From the NCBI GenBank assembly GCA_008632985.1, contig QPGO01000088.1, forward strand, positions 310,001 to 333,618: a stretch of DNA of 23,618 bases, given 5' to 3'. Numbering within the stretch: the stretch's first letter is position 1; the number at the start of each line of letters is the position of its first letter. Both the position numbers and the translations under genes were made by a program. Under the pieces are notes generated by a model. The model was given only the letters and a program-made list of their open reading frames with translations, was not told the origin of the DNA and ran no database searches. Shown piece by piece: positions 8,881 to 19,098 of this stretch. Source of the DNA: Psammoneis japonica (Eukaryota).

Positions 8881-10350
8881 CAACTGTCAGCATGGACGCC
8901 CAAACCCAATCAACCACAGTGTCTGCAGCCACTCAGTCTGTCTTGACACTTGGTGGCATCCGCGCAAATGATGCAAAGCGAGTCTTTGAAGCACGCCAAT
9001 TTGGAAAGGAGGATCCATCTGTTGTGGATGCAGAAGAGGAGGCGAAGTTACCCCATCACTTTGCATTGGAGATTGCTTGTGTTGCTGAGCACTGTGGAAG
9101 TTGCAAACAGTGAAGAAGAAGCAAAGTCTGTTCATGAGAAGTCGGCGACTTTGGCTGCCTTTTACATGGAATGCAATGCCAAGCACCCATCCATGCCATG
9201 GGGAGAGCCACTCAACCAATGCCTTGATCAGAAAGCTCACTCCATGATGGATTGGAAGAATGCAGGAAAAATTGATGGAAAGCTCTTGTTTGGGCGCCAT
9301 TGCTTGTGAGGCTGCTGCCTTGAGTGGAGCCAGGCCATCTCATTCAATCAGCGGCATCCCTCAGGGCATGCATGGTGAGGGTCTCCACACATGCAGAGCT
9401 TGTGTGGGCTGAGTCCAGCTGTTGACAGAAGTTGCAAATGCACCAAGCAGCCTTGAACATCCTTGCACAAAAGAGGGATGGTCTGTTGCGTGAACTTTTG
9501 GGCATGGATCGAGGCAAAGGGAGGACTTGTTGCAAAAAGTGCGCGGTCTGCAAGAGACGTGTGGCAAGAACAACAAAGAAGATGGGGGATCACACCACAG
9601 AAAAAATGCAGCAAAAGGTGGCATTCTGGCAAGCCTGATCTGAGCAATCCAGTGCCAAATTAACCAACCCAAAGTCTTTGTTGACATTGACCGTCTTTTG
9701 CTCTTTTCCAGTTTGACAGGATTGGAAAAAGTGAGCTCTCATCATGAGTGGCTTTCTTGCCAAGCCCACAACTTGTGTTGCTGCTTCACATGCATGCCAG
9801 CAGTCTCGAGAAAAGGACAGACACTGCCCTCCACCTGTTCAATGCACAAAATGATGGATCTGCTCTCAGCAACAGCGGGATCACAGCAAAGGTGGGGTGC
9901 CACATCTCTCCAAACACTGAATTTTTTCTTGTTTGCATGCTGCAGGAAAGTTCATGTGACAAGCAAAGAAGCTCATGCAGACAGCTCCCTCATGCCATGT
10001 CGGCAACGGTGCAACCAAATCATTGCTGGAGGCAGTGATGAATCCTGCTGGTGTGAAAAGCAATGTTGCACAAACCCAGAGCTGCCAACGAAGGTTGTGG
10101 TTGCGGGGCAACAACTTCAAACTACTCTCTGCCTGCAAAGTTGGAAAGTGGCTTGCACTTGGCATGTCCCAAACAGCTCACCAACCATCAGCGCTGATGT
10201 CGGAACGAGACTTGAGCGTTGTGTTCCTCCTGGAAATCAAAATGCTTGGTTTCGGGACGGACGGGCGGCCGCCCCCCCCTGCGCGCGCCCGAGCTTTTCG
10301 CATGAAGCGCGCTCGCCGCAAATTCCGAACTTCATGCCGCTTCATGCCGC
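8881..10350. mobile_element. TpA-depleted island between GUF1 and the carrier gene (unidentified repeat or gene relic)
   Basis: About 4 TA in 1470 bp (near 9049, 9163, 9661, 10123). TA resumes abruptly at about 10351. Broken gene-like frames on +, and a GC-rich right end. Confidence 0.55.
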
Positions 10351-10417
10351 TAATGCTCATTTATATTTCTCTTTTACTGTAAGGTTACATGTGCTTGTAG
10401 AAGTAACATCGGACGCC

Positions 10418-11647
10418 ATGGCGGCAAGAACCGCATCATATGCAACCCCCAGCGATGCGCCTGTAGCCCTTCCACCCATTTTTCATGCAGTTGGAGGCTC
10501 CTTGGGATCGGCCTTGGCGCTGTTATTGTTCTTCCCGTTGGAACGGGCGCGAATCGAAATGCAGTCGGCGGCAGCAGCACAACAACCAGAGAAGCATTCA
10601 GACGACATCGAATCATCAAGTGATGACGAATCTAACAATAAATTGGATTGTGTTCAGCAAAAAGACGATTCTTGGGTTCAATTTGCGGAACAGAAAGATC
10701 GCAAACGAAGCGAGGCCGCCGATGAAGACGAGGCTTCGTGGTCCATGTCGTCGCATTCGCAGTCAATTGAAGACAGGTCCGCGGCAGCAAACAGGAGTGA
10801 GTTGATATCTTGTCTTGTTGGATTAAAAAATCAAGGTGAACTGTACAGAGGGGTGTCACCTGTAATTACTACCATGGCAGCATCCAACTTCGTTTTCTTT
10901 TACGCGCACGCTGTGGCAAAGCGATACCTCTTCCCCGTCGCCAGTTCGATAGGCAAGAAAACCCCGTCACTCTCGAGGTCGTTGTTCGCTTCCTGTCTAG
11001 CCGGTATTGCCAATGTTCTAATTACCAATCCGTTGTGGGTGGCGAACTTACGTTTTGTTCAAGGCGAGTCCAAGACACCTTCCTTGTTTCAAGAAGTACA
11101 TTCCATTCTAAGAGTTGAAGGAAAATCTCGCTTGTGGAATGGAACATGGGCCTCCCTCTTGCTCGTGTCCAATCCTGTAATTCAATTTTTTCTTTACGAG
11201 CAATTGAAAGCCAACCGTATCTCTCGAAGCCTTCAGGGACGCATAACACCGAGACAAAATCAGCAAGCAACAGTGTTGGGGCTCACTCCTGTCGAAGCAT
11301 TCCTTCTGGGAGCCACTGCAAAGGCTGCAGCCACGGTTGCGACTTATCCACTACAGCTTGCTCAAGTCCTGCTGAGAATACAGCAAAAGCATAAAGAGCA
11401 GGACGCAGAATCCAAAGATAGAACTGTCATGGTTTACAATGGTACATGGGATTGTTTTCGCAAACTCTTCAAACAAGGGGGTGTTGCTGGTTTATTTCGA
11501 GGATTGGAAGCAAAACTGCTTCAAACAGTCTTGACGGCAGCCTTCACTTTCCTCACATATGAACAGATAATCGTCTTGCTGCGGGTGGCGTATGTTAAAT
11601 TATATCAACGGCGACTCCAGTCGCGTCGTATATTGAATTCGAACTAA
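10418..11647 (+). CDS. Mitochondrial carrier family protein, peroxisomal PMP34/SLC25A17-like, about 409 aa
   Basis: Three carrier repeats: FPLERARIEMQ, TNPLWVANLR, TYPLQLAQ. PMP34-type motifs SLLLVSNPVIQFFLYEQLK and GLEAKLLQTVLTAAFTFLTYEQI. The start is taken at ATG 10418; the upstream 240 codons of the 649-aa ORF lie mostly in the TA-void island. Confidence 0.88.
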   Translation: MAARTASYATPSDAPVALPPIFHAVGGSLGSALALLLFFPLERARIEMQSAAAAQQPEKHSDDIESSSDDESNNKLDCVQQKDDSWVQFAEQKDRKRSEAADEDEASWSMSSHSQSIEDRSAAANRSELISCLVGLKNQGELYRGVSPVITTMAASNFVFFYAHAVAKRYLFPVASSIGKKTPSLSRSLFASCLAGIANVLITNPLWVANLRFVQGESKTPSLFQEVHSILRVEGKSRLWNGTWASLLLVSNPVIQFFLYEQLKANRISRSLQGRITPRQNQQATVLGLTPVEAFLLGATAKAAATVATYPLQLAQVLLRIQQKHKEQDAESKDRTVMVYNGTWDCFRKLFKQGGVAGLFRGLEAKLLQTVLTAAFTFLTYEQIIVLLRVAYVKLYQRRLQSRRILNSN

Positions 11648-11808
11648 ACTACGAGTACAAGTACTGGCACTGACTAATTGTAGTAGCTAAAAGCTAACTA
11701 ATGTCTTGCTAGCCATAACACTAAATTCGATGTCCTTCCTTCAATCTTGAAAAGAGCATCTTGAGCCCACGAGGACTATTGCCGATTGGCTGAATGCATT
11801 CGACTCCA

Positions 11809-13371
11809 TCATGATCGGCGTCCGAAAGAATGAGATTTCGGTTGATGCGAAGGCCACGACGCTTTCTGGGAGTGCATACCGCGAAGAATCTCACCAGCAG
11901 CTGGACGCTTGGTACCACTTACATGAGGACCAGCACGACTGCTAGTTCCTTCGGCATGCATTTCAGACGAGAGTGCTGTTGAAACCAATGTTCGGGATCT
12001 CTTGTGAGCTCGTGGAAACACTTCAGGGGCTTTTTCAGCCTTGAATCGCCGTTTCGCGTCTATGGATGGAGAGAGCGACACTCTGGCCACTCCGCGTGGT
12101 ACAGGGATTTCTTCCAGACGAGGACCGTCGGCGAGAGTGGTAGCCCTGCGATGGACAGAGGCAGACTTGGGCGAGTGACCGAGTGCAATGGGCGGCTTAC
12201 GGGTTGGTACGTTCGATCCGTCCGTGCCAGAGATCTGAAATCGGATAGCCTGATACTCTTGAGGCTTGATCCATACTGTGGCATGCGTGCTCAAGTGACC
12301 GGGCTGTTCCTGTTGATCATCTTGAATTTGAATCCAACCCGGCACCACACGTTCCAGCTCTTGTAAAGCTTTGATCATTTGCTTCTTTTTCGTCTTGGAG
12401 TCTTTGCTCTGAGTTCGAGAAAAGGCTTTCATAACGTCTTCGAGCGTCATGATGCAGCTGCGTTCTTGATGGGACCGGTGCTTGGAGGCTTTCTGATCTG
12501 ACTGAAAGATGCTTCGTGTGGAAGAACCAAGCTGATCTTGACGATTCAGAAGATGTCTCGTATGAGACCAAATGGCATCCGCCATTGCGAGAAGTACCGT
12601 CTTGTCCACGGCGCCTTCTTGATTGACTTGCTGCTGCTGTTTCTGACGAGTGAGCCTTACATCTGCACGAGCTTGTACGCGCTCTTCCAACGTCATTCCC
12701 GGTAGAATGGTGGGCTCGTCTCCTAGTTTCGCAGTGCGGGCGGAAGACTTCTGATTGGACGGCTCGTGAGGTTTTGGCTGCGACGCTTCTCGGTGGGATT
12801 CTATTGCGTTGGCAATGAACCTTTTTTCATCTTCATGGACCTGGGGTCGACTTGCTAGACGCTTGAGTTCCTCCATACGTTTTCCATCAAAGGGCACAAG
12901 CTCCAAGCACCAACTTGACTTCGACTTTTTCGATAAAGCATCGCTCTCATCTTGTTGAAACAAACGATACAACGACGGCGTTCCAATACACACCATATCG
13001 CACAAGAGACGCTCTTCCTTGGAAAAAGTGTCCGTATTTTGAGTCTTTGGCCTTCCCTCTTGCGCTGTTTCTGCGAGCTTGAGCTTTCTGGCCATCACGT
13101 AAAAATCTTGCAGCGGCACGTGGTTCAACGAGGCGATTCGCTTCATACGACGCTGTCTCATAAGGTGCACTTGCAAGGCTCCTTCTGCTTTGACGAGTTG
13201 TGATATGCTCGTTCGAACTTCGACTAGGTCATTGGATCCATGCGAAGAAGGAGAGGACGAAGAAACCGTGGACGTGAAGGACGGAATTGGAATCGATTCG
13301 GCATCCGCAGCGCGAGCATCTCTACCGACGCGCTGTCGTTTGTTTCTCGAGATTTTGGAACGAGAGGACAT
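11809..13371 (-). CDS. CDT1-like replication licensing protein (C-terminal winged-helix similarity); true 3' end may be 11721
   Basis: 520-aa ORF. GMTLEERVQARA and MIKALQELERVVPGWIQI resemble the CDT1 C-terminal SLLERIRAKE and LxxxxPxW motifs. Similarity is weak and from recall. Confidence 0.5.
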   Translation of the reverse strand: MSSRSKISRNKRQRVGRDARAADAESIPIPSFTSTVSSSSPSSHGSNDLVEVRTSISQLVKAEGALQVHLMRQRRMKRIASLNHVPLQDFYVMARKLKLAETAQEGRPKTQNTDTFSKEERLLCDMVCIGTPSLYRLFQQDESDALSKKSKSSWCLELVPFDGKRMEELKRLASRPQVHEDEKRFIANAIESHREASQPKPHEPSNQKSSARTAKLGDEPTILPGMTLEERVQARADVRLTRQKQQQQVNQEGAVDKTVLLAMADAIWSHTRHLLNRQDQLGSSTRSIFQSDQKASKHRSHQERSCIMTLEDVMKAFSRTQSKDSKTKKKQMIKALQELERVVPGWIQIQDDQQEQPGHLSTHATVWIKPQEYQAIRFQISGTDGSNVPTRKPPIALGHSPKSASVHRRATTLADGPRLEEIPVPRGVARVSLSPSIDAKRRFKAEKAPEVFPRAHKRSRTLVSTALSSEMHAEGTSSRAGPHVSGTKRPAAGEILRGMHSQKASWPSHQPKSHSFGRRS

Positions 13372-13714
13372 TCTTAATCGAGAGATTCAATGCGAATATA
13401 ACTGTATGGCACAATCGAAAAAGAGGCTGGAGGGTGCAATGGATGAAATGTTGTCTGTTGGCTATTGCGAGGTGACGGGAGGAAAGCGAGAAGCGAGATA
13501 ACGCGTCGCGCCAAAAAATGTCGGAGGCAAATAACACACAGGGCACGGACAGACAGAATAATGATGACGGAAAGACGCACGGTCAGTACGTCGATCGATG
13601 CGATGATCCTGTATGGTTCGTCGGTCATTTCTTTTTGCGGGTCACAATCTGAAGTCCAGATTGGACGCTTCGCTGAACGGCTGTGTCTCGTTGTCTTTAT
13701 TTACAAACATTTAA

Positions 13715-15459
13715 GATGAAACATCAGATGCTTCAAACAACACAATGACATTGCAATTGTCAAAATGTCAAGCAATGAGAAGGATGTCCGTGGTGCTCTT
13801 TTGTTTCATTTGGAGACACTCGTCAGCCACCAGCAAATCATGGCTTCTCGACATCTGCGCAAGTTTCGTGAAATGTTTCATCAGTGTCATCTTCATCACA
13901 CACCTCTCCAATCAACTTGACAGTGACCCACAAATGGTTGGGTGCAGCAGGTGGAGAGTGCACAATGTTGCACAATGCACCATCAGCAACATGCTCTGTC
14001 TTGCACTTTTGTCATCTCTTCTTTGTGCTTTGTTGCCCAACTCTTGATGAACTGACAAAGCTGAAGACATGATTTGGTGGTGTTTTCATTGTTCATTGTG
14101 ATCAGATGAGTCCTGACAGGCGCCAGCCATTCTCCTCTGGATTTTCATCATTTTTGCACTGACTGACTTTCATGGAAACATCTGAAAGTCGAAAACCTTG
14201 ATCTGCCAGCAATCTTTTCCTCATGGAAAGTGACATCCCAAGCAATGCAACCTGCGCTGTTGCCACTGGTCTTGACAGGAATGCAGTCAACAACGGCATT
14301 TTCAAGAAGGTGCTAGAGGGAACATGCTCAAAATCTCTTGCACAGTCACCTCCAACCCACACCATTGTCCTCTGAGCAAGCAAGAACCTCAAGCGGAAAA
14401 AATGGAACACCAGGTCATGCAAGCATGTGGATTTTCAAGATGAACTGTCCAAGGACATTTTGTTTGCAGTTTGTCCAGATGCTCACGTCAAATGAGCTGG
14501 AAACGAATCAAGGCATGTGGGCTCACTTCTGAAGCTTTGCATGGCCGCCCTGTGACAATGAACCTCGACGAGAACATGTGGAGAAAAAGGAGGCCAGTGG
14601 CACTGCTGGCTTTTTTCAGGGAGTTGAGCTGAAGGAATGTGTTTCTTTGGATGATTTGGAGTTGATGAGGATTGATGGTCATTGGGTGAGGTCAGCCTGT
14701 GTTTTGCAAGTTGAGTCGATTGTCTTGAGGCATGAGGAAAAGGCAGGAGGATGAGAGCTGTTTTCTTGTGTGGCTCCAAGGAGAGAGACATGCTGTGTTG
14801 TCAACTTTCCTGTCCCTGTGATGGGTTTCATTCACAAAAAAAAACAAGAATCAGTCAGAGGAAGCAATTGACCCAGTTCCCAGTTTTGTGCAACAATGCA
14901 GCAACTGTGCACAAGCTCCAGGGGGTGCAAAATTGAGAGCCTGGTTGTTGTCCAACAACAACTTTGACCACACAGACAGCTGGGTTTGTGTGGTTCTGTC
15001 TGCAGTGACAACAAGAAAGGGGCTTTGTCTCAGAAAGAAGTTGGAAGTTCAATGGCAGGAAAATGAAGGGCACGCCATTGGCATCAAGTGAGTTCCTTGG
15101 TCACTTCAGAAGCACAAGAGAGGGCTCCAAGAAGAGAGCTGCCAGGCTCCTCTGGTGCTGCAAATGACTGTGCAAGGCATTCACAACTGAAGGTTGCAAT
15201 CATCAGACAATGACTTTTAATTTTGACAATTCATCAACAATCTGGGCTTGCATCATGTGATTGTCCTTGTCAGGCATAGAAACAAGGGTGTTGAGTGAGT
15301 TGTTTGCGCTGGTTTGAAAGCAAGCGAGTGCGCAAAAAGCCCAAAATCACCGCATCCATCATCTCAACGGAAAAAAGGGCTGTGTCACACACAGTGCATG
15401 ATTGAGGGTGCAAAACAAGACAAAAGCAACTGTCAATGGCATCCCAACCAAAAAATGAC
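13715..15459. mobile_element. TpA-depleted TE relic (Helitron/Pif1-helicase-bearing element)
   Basis: About 3 TA in about 1745 bp (near 14314, 15218, 15277), with sharp edges and few CpG. Contains helicase motifs. Confidence 0.7.
14040..15060 (+). pseudogene. Degenerate Pif1-family (SF1B) helicase
   Basis: Motifs in the expected order, across frameshifts: FGGVFIV..DQMSP (motif III-like, about 14073), CAVATGLDRNAVNNGIF (about 14251), LLKL..GRPV.MN..E...EASGT (about 14526), QFPVLCNNAATVHKLQG (motif V, 14874-14924), WVCVVLSAVTTRKGLCL (motif VI, 14981-15031). Confidence 0.8.
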
Positions 15460-15831
15460 TAAGGCAATATAAAATTCGGAATATATTGCATGTTAGTAAA
15501 CAAAGTAATTTTTATGAAACCCCGAACCATGCGAAAGTCATTGCATTCTATTTTTCATACAAAGACCGCTTGCGAATTTGGTCCATTTTGTCAGCCCCAA
15601 TAAACCTCGACTTCGTCTTACCCGTCTGTCTCCGGTCCGTTTGGGGTCAGGGCAGGGGGGAGACACAGACGGATTCATTCAACAACTCGTCCTTTCTCCC
15701 TCGAGAGAGAAAGATACCATCACTGTGGAACACGACCTAGTTTCTTTTTCTCTCTGAGATTTGGTTGGTATTTACTATCTAGGAACTAAACTATCTCAAA
15801 GCCCACATGTTTGAGTAAACATAGTCCTGTC

Positions 15832-17048
15832 CTACAGTTCCGGAGCTTCACTTTCATAAAGAGGGAACTTTCCATTTGTGGTGATAATGTAGTCTTTCTC
15901 GCCGGGTCCGGTCCACTTTACAGCGTTTTCCAATGCACACCAATAATCAGGCTCACACGTTGGTTCATACATGGTCGTGCCACGAACCTCGAGCGGCGGG
16001 TACTTGGGTTCCTCTGTCGGATCTTGTGCCCAAATGGGAGGAACGCCGTAGTGACCCTCGCGGTCATGGTCATGATCCTACGGGCAAGATGAGCGAGACA
16101 GGTTTTCGACATGACTAGAGAGCTTCTCCAGAAGAGACAGATATGCAAGCAAGTGCTACTTACCAACCACCCGACTGGATAATAGTGTACGAATACGGAA
16201 GAATACCAACTGCCTTTGAACCTGTGCGGTCGTCCATGAAAGCACTTTGCAGATTCGTACAGCAGCATGTCGCCTGGTTTCAAAATTACTTCATTGGTGT
16301 TCCCTTGCAGGTCCTCAATGATGATTGGCTGTGCTCGTAGAAAACAAGATCAGGCAAACGAGAACGTGAGAGGGGGTAAACACGTTTATAGAAAAAAGAA
16401 CGGTTCGTCACTTACCCACGGTTCTGCATCATCGCTCGAATCGATATGGAGAATGCATGAAATAATGTGTGTTGAAGTCTTGTCAACATGCATGAGCAAT
16501 CTCGAGTTGTTCTGGTACAATCGAAAACCGTATGCGAGATACGGAACCAGCTTCTGGTGGGCCCAGGCCTCGTGAATAGGAAGGAGCTCTTTCAGCACCC
16601 GATTTGTTAAGTCGTTCCGAGAAATAAAGCGAGCTGGTGGTCCATCAATGGCTTCGAGGTCGGCTTCGTATCCTGCCGTGGCGACCCCATCTCGTATGGC
16701 TTTTCGCAAGGTGTCCACCAGCTCCTGCGAGGGTCGTGTCAGTGCCCATCCATTCTCGGTAAAATTGTGAAGAGTGTAGGCAGCCGTCACTGTCTCTACC
16801 CAGCCGTCATAGCGGTTTCCTCTGTCTTTAATTTCTTGGACCTGTGCAAGCCTTCGCTGCATCAGCTTCGCCCATCCCGGTGTGTTAGGCACGAATTCTT
16901 TTGGTGGCCACGTATAGCCTCGCTTGTAGTACTCTGCTAAACGATCCTCTTCCCTTAGCACTGCCTTTGTACCCACTGACAGCAACAGCACAAAACAGAA
17001 AAGCATCATGACGCCGACGCCGCAATCGCTTCGAGACATCGTTGCCAT
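15832..17048 (-). CDS. Secreted/ER 2OG-Fe(II) oxygenase-like protein; exons 17048-16416, 16328-16164, 16077-15832
   Basis: N-terminal hydrophobic signal, YGFRLY...LLMHVD (HxD), then HGRP. Two phase-0 GTAAGT...AG introns (87 and 86 nt) give a continuous frame EPW|PIIIED...VGWL|DHDHDREGHY...EAPEL*. The C-terminal xxEL resembles an ER retention signal. Confidence 0.82.
16078..16163 (-). other. Spliceosomal intron 2 (86 nt)
   Basis: GTAAGT donor, CGTAG acceptor; splicing restores the frame. Confidence 0.8.
16329..16415 (-). other. Spliceosomal intron 1 (87 nt)
   Basis: GTAAGT donor, CACAG acceptor; splicing restores the frame. Confidence 0.85.
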
Positions 17049-19098
17049 CGTCAATTTTGTACTATGACAGCAGTTCCGAATCTAACAAAATGGGCAATAA
17101 TAATCTTAAATCGGTCATTCCAATTCCGCCTGAATTCGGTCAATTTCTGCCATTTTCAGACAAATTTTGGAAAGTTGGAGAATCCGCTCGCAAACTCGCT
17201 ACCATGGCCTCGCCCTTCACTTTCACTTGTATTACCGTTGCTACCCTTTCTGCACGTGCGATATGATAGACGTCAATAGCCACGTCTAAAGCGAAATTCG
17301 ATGTCAGATTGAATCTTCAAGACGACTTTGCTAGAACTTAGCGGAAGCAAAAATGCAAAGTGTGACGGCGATGCACGATGCAGCAGAATCATCATCAGCC
17401 AGCTCCATACGCTGGCAGAAGATCGAACTAGTCACCGGTAAAGGCTTGCACCGGAGATGACGATCCGAAAGTCAGGTATGTCAACGTCAACAATGATTTG
17501 TCGCTGATGGACTGTTCATGCGAGAGTTTTTTTGACGGCCATTCGAGATCAATGATGATTGATATGATCGGTACACCACGAGACAGAGTCCACACGTAGC
17601 TGGGAAAGCCGGTCAAGTCACCCCTCGAGTGCCTGTCTTAATGGCTCGGATATGGCCTTTGGGCGCAATCTGGCTGTTCAAGCGGGAAGCCCCAACCCTA
17701 ACCGTTTTATACCCACCTTGAAGAAGGTCTTGTTAGTTGGAAATGCTTTGGTTGGAGCCTTTTCAGCAGAAACGACTCGTTCCCATGGTGCTGCGTATTG
17801 TGATCACTTTTCAGTGGGAGAAATGCGCAACATCATGAGGATTTAGATCGAGGCATGTGCTGTCGGTATTGCGGGAAGCCACGTTGGAGAGATTCCTTCT
17901 CCTCTGTGATTGCGGCCCAAGATCTACCACGTGGGAGGCGTTCAAGTCTCTTGTTTCTGCGGCTCACGCCGATGCATGTCTAGCTTGGCAGCCTTTTTCC
18001 ATCTTGTGCTTTGCTTTCTTGTGCTCTTTCAAGAGTGAAGGAGGGCATGCATATCCCCTTCCATTGGTTAATGGAGCCTCGGTGACGTTTTCCCTCGATT
18101 CGTGTGGCTTGCTTCTGGTATGACCAGTGCCGAGCTTGCTGTGACATCCTTGCAAGTATGTTGAAGCCTGTTGGGAAAGGCATGCAACAATGTAAATAGG
18201 GATATGCTCTGGTATCTTGATTTGTCGAATCGCGGGCAAATGTCAGCATGAGAATGGGAAACGATTTCTGTAGCTCATTCGCCTGTTGACGCACCCTGAG
18301 AACGGCGAGTCGTGTTTTGATGGTGGACGTCCCTTAGAGCTGCGGGCTCGACTTGCATGGAACGGTCTTACAACATCAGGCAGCACAGTGTACCATGGGG
18401 ATGATATCTGAGATCTTGCTTTGTCGAATGCCGCCGTAGTTTATTGTTGGCGGCTGTTCAATGTGTTGTGGTGTCCATTCTCACTGTTTCTTCTTTCGGT
18501 TTGTGCTAGCCTTGATGCAGATTTTGTGTCTCTGTTTGAAGCACTTGCCTGCAATGCTCTTTCGGATTACATGAGTGAGAAGTTTGAAAGTCCTATGTAA
18601 TGAGCGCGAAAATGTTGAATCTCCGTAGCTCTTGAAATTGCCCCGAGCTGAGACCTTTCCAATGAAAGACATGATGAAAAGAACATGGAGCCAGGTTCCT
18701 TCACATTAAGCTTTTTATAGGCTTCCTCGTCCTGATGAGATGGTCAGAAGGAAGAAATTAAATATGCTTGCGCCTCGGGAATCGATAGAATAGATAGAAA
18801 GGCCAAGGAACGATCGTATCACAAACTCACTCGAGCCCACCGGGCGACTGGCGACTGGTGGTCGTGATTCACGACTCAATTACGCACGATTGAGCGCGCA
18901 CGGTCGGTTGCGTCGTCCACCTCGAAAACCGAAACTTCAGCGTTGTGTTCGTTCGTCTCCGATCTTCGACACACAAGATTTGACACGATAGACATTCCTC
19001 TTGCTCTTTCCCCTTCTTACTTTTCGGCAAGGCCTCCGAAACATTCTTGATTAAGCTTCAGGCCAAGAAGGAAGCGATAAATTGCCTGAGTTTCAAAA

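Noticed and set aside
9698..11647. 649-aa carrier with a novel N-terminal domain
   Set aside because: The ORF starts at a non-ATG codon and the extension lies mostly in the TA-void island. Carrier similarity begins after ATG 10418.
11901..11922. 22-nt GTAAGT...CAG mini-intron that would fix the CDT1-like frame
   Set aside because: It is far shorter than the 86-87-nt introns seen in this window. An indel error is more plausible.
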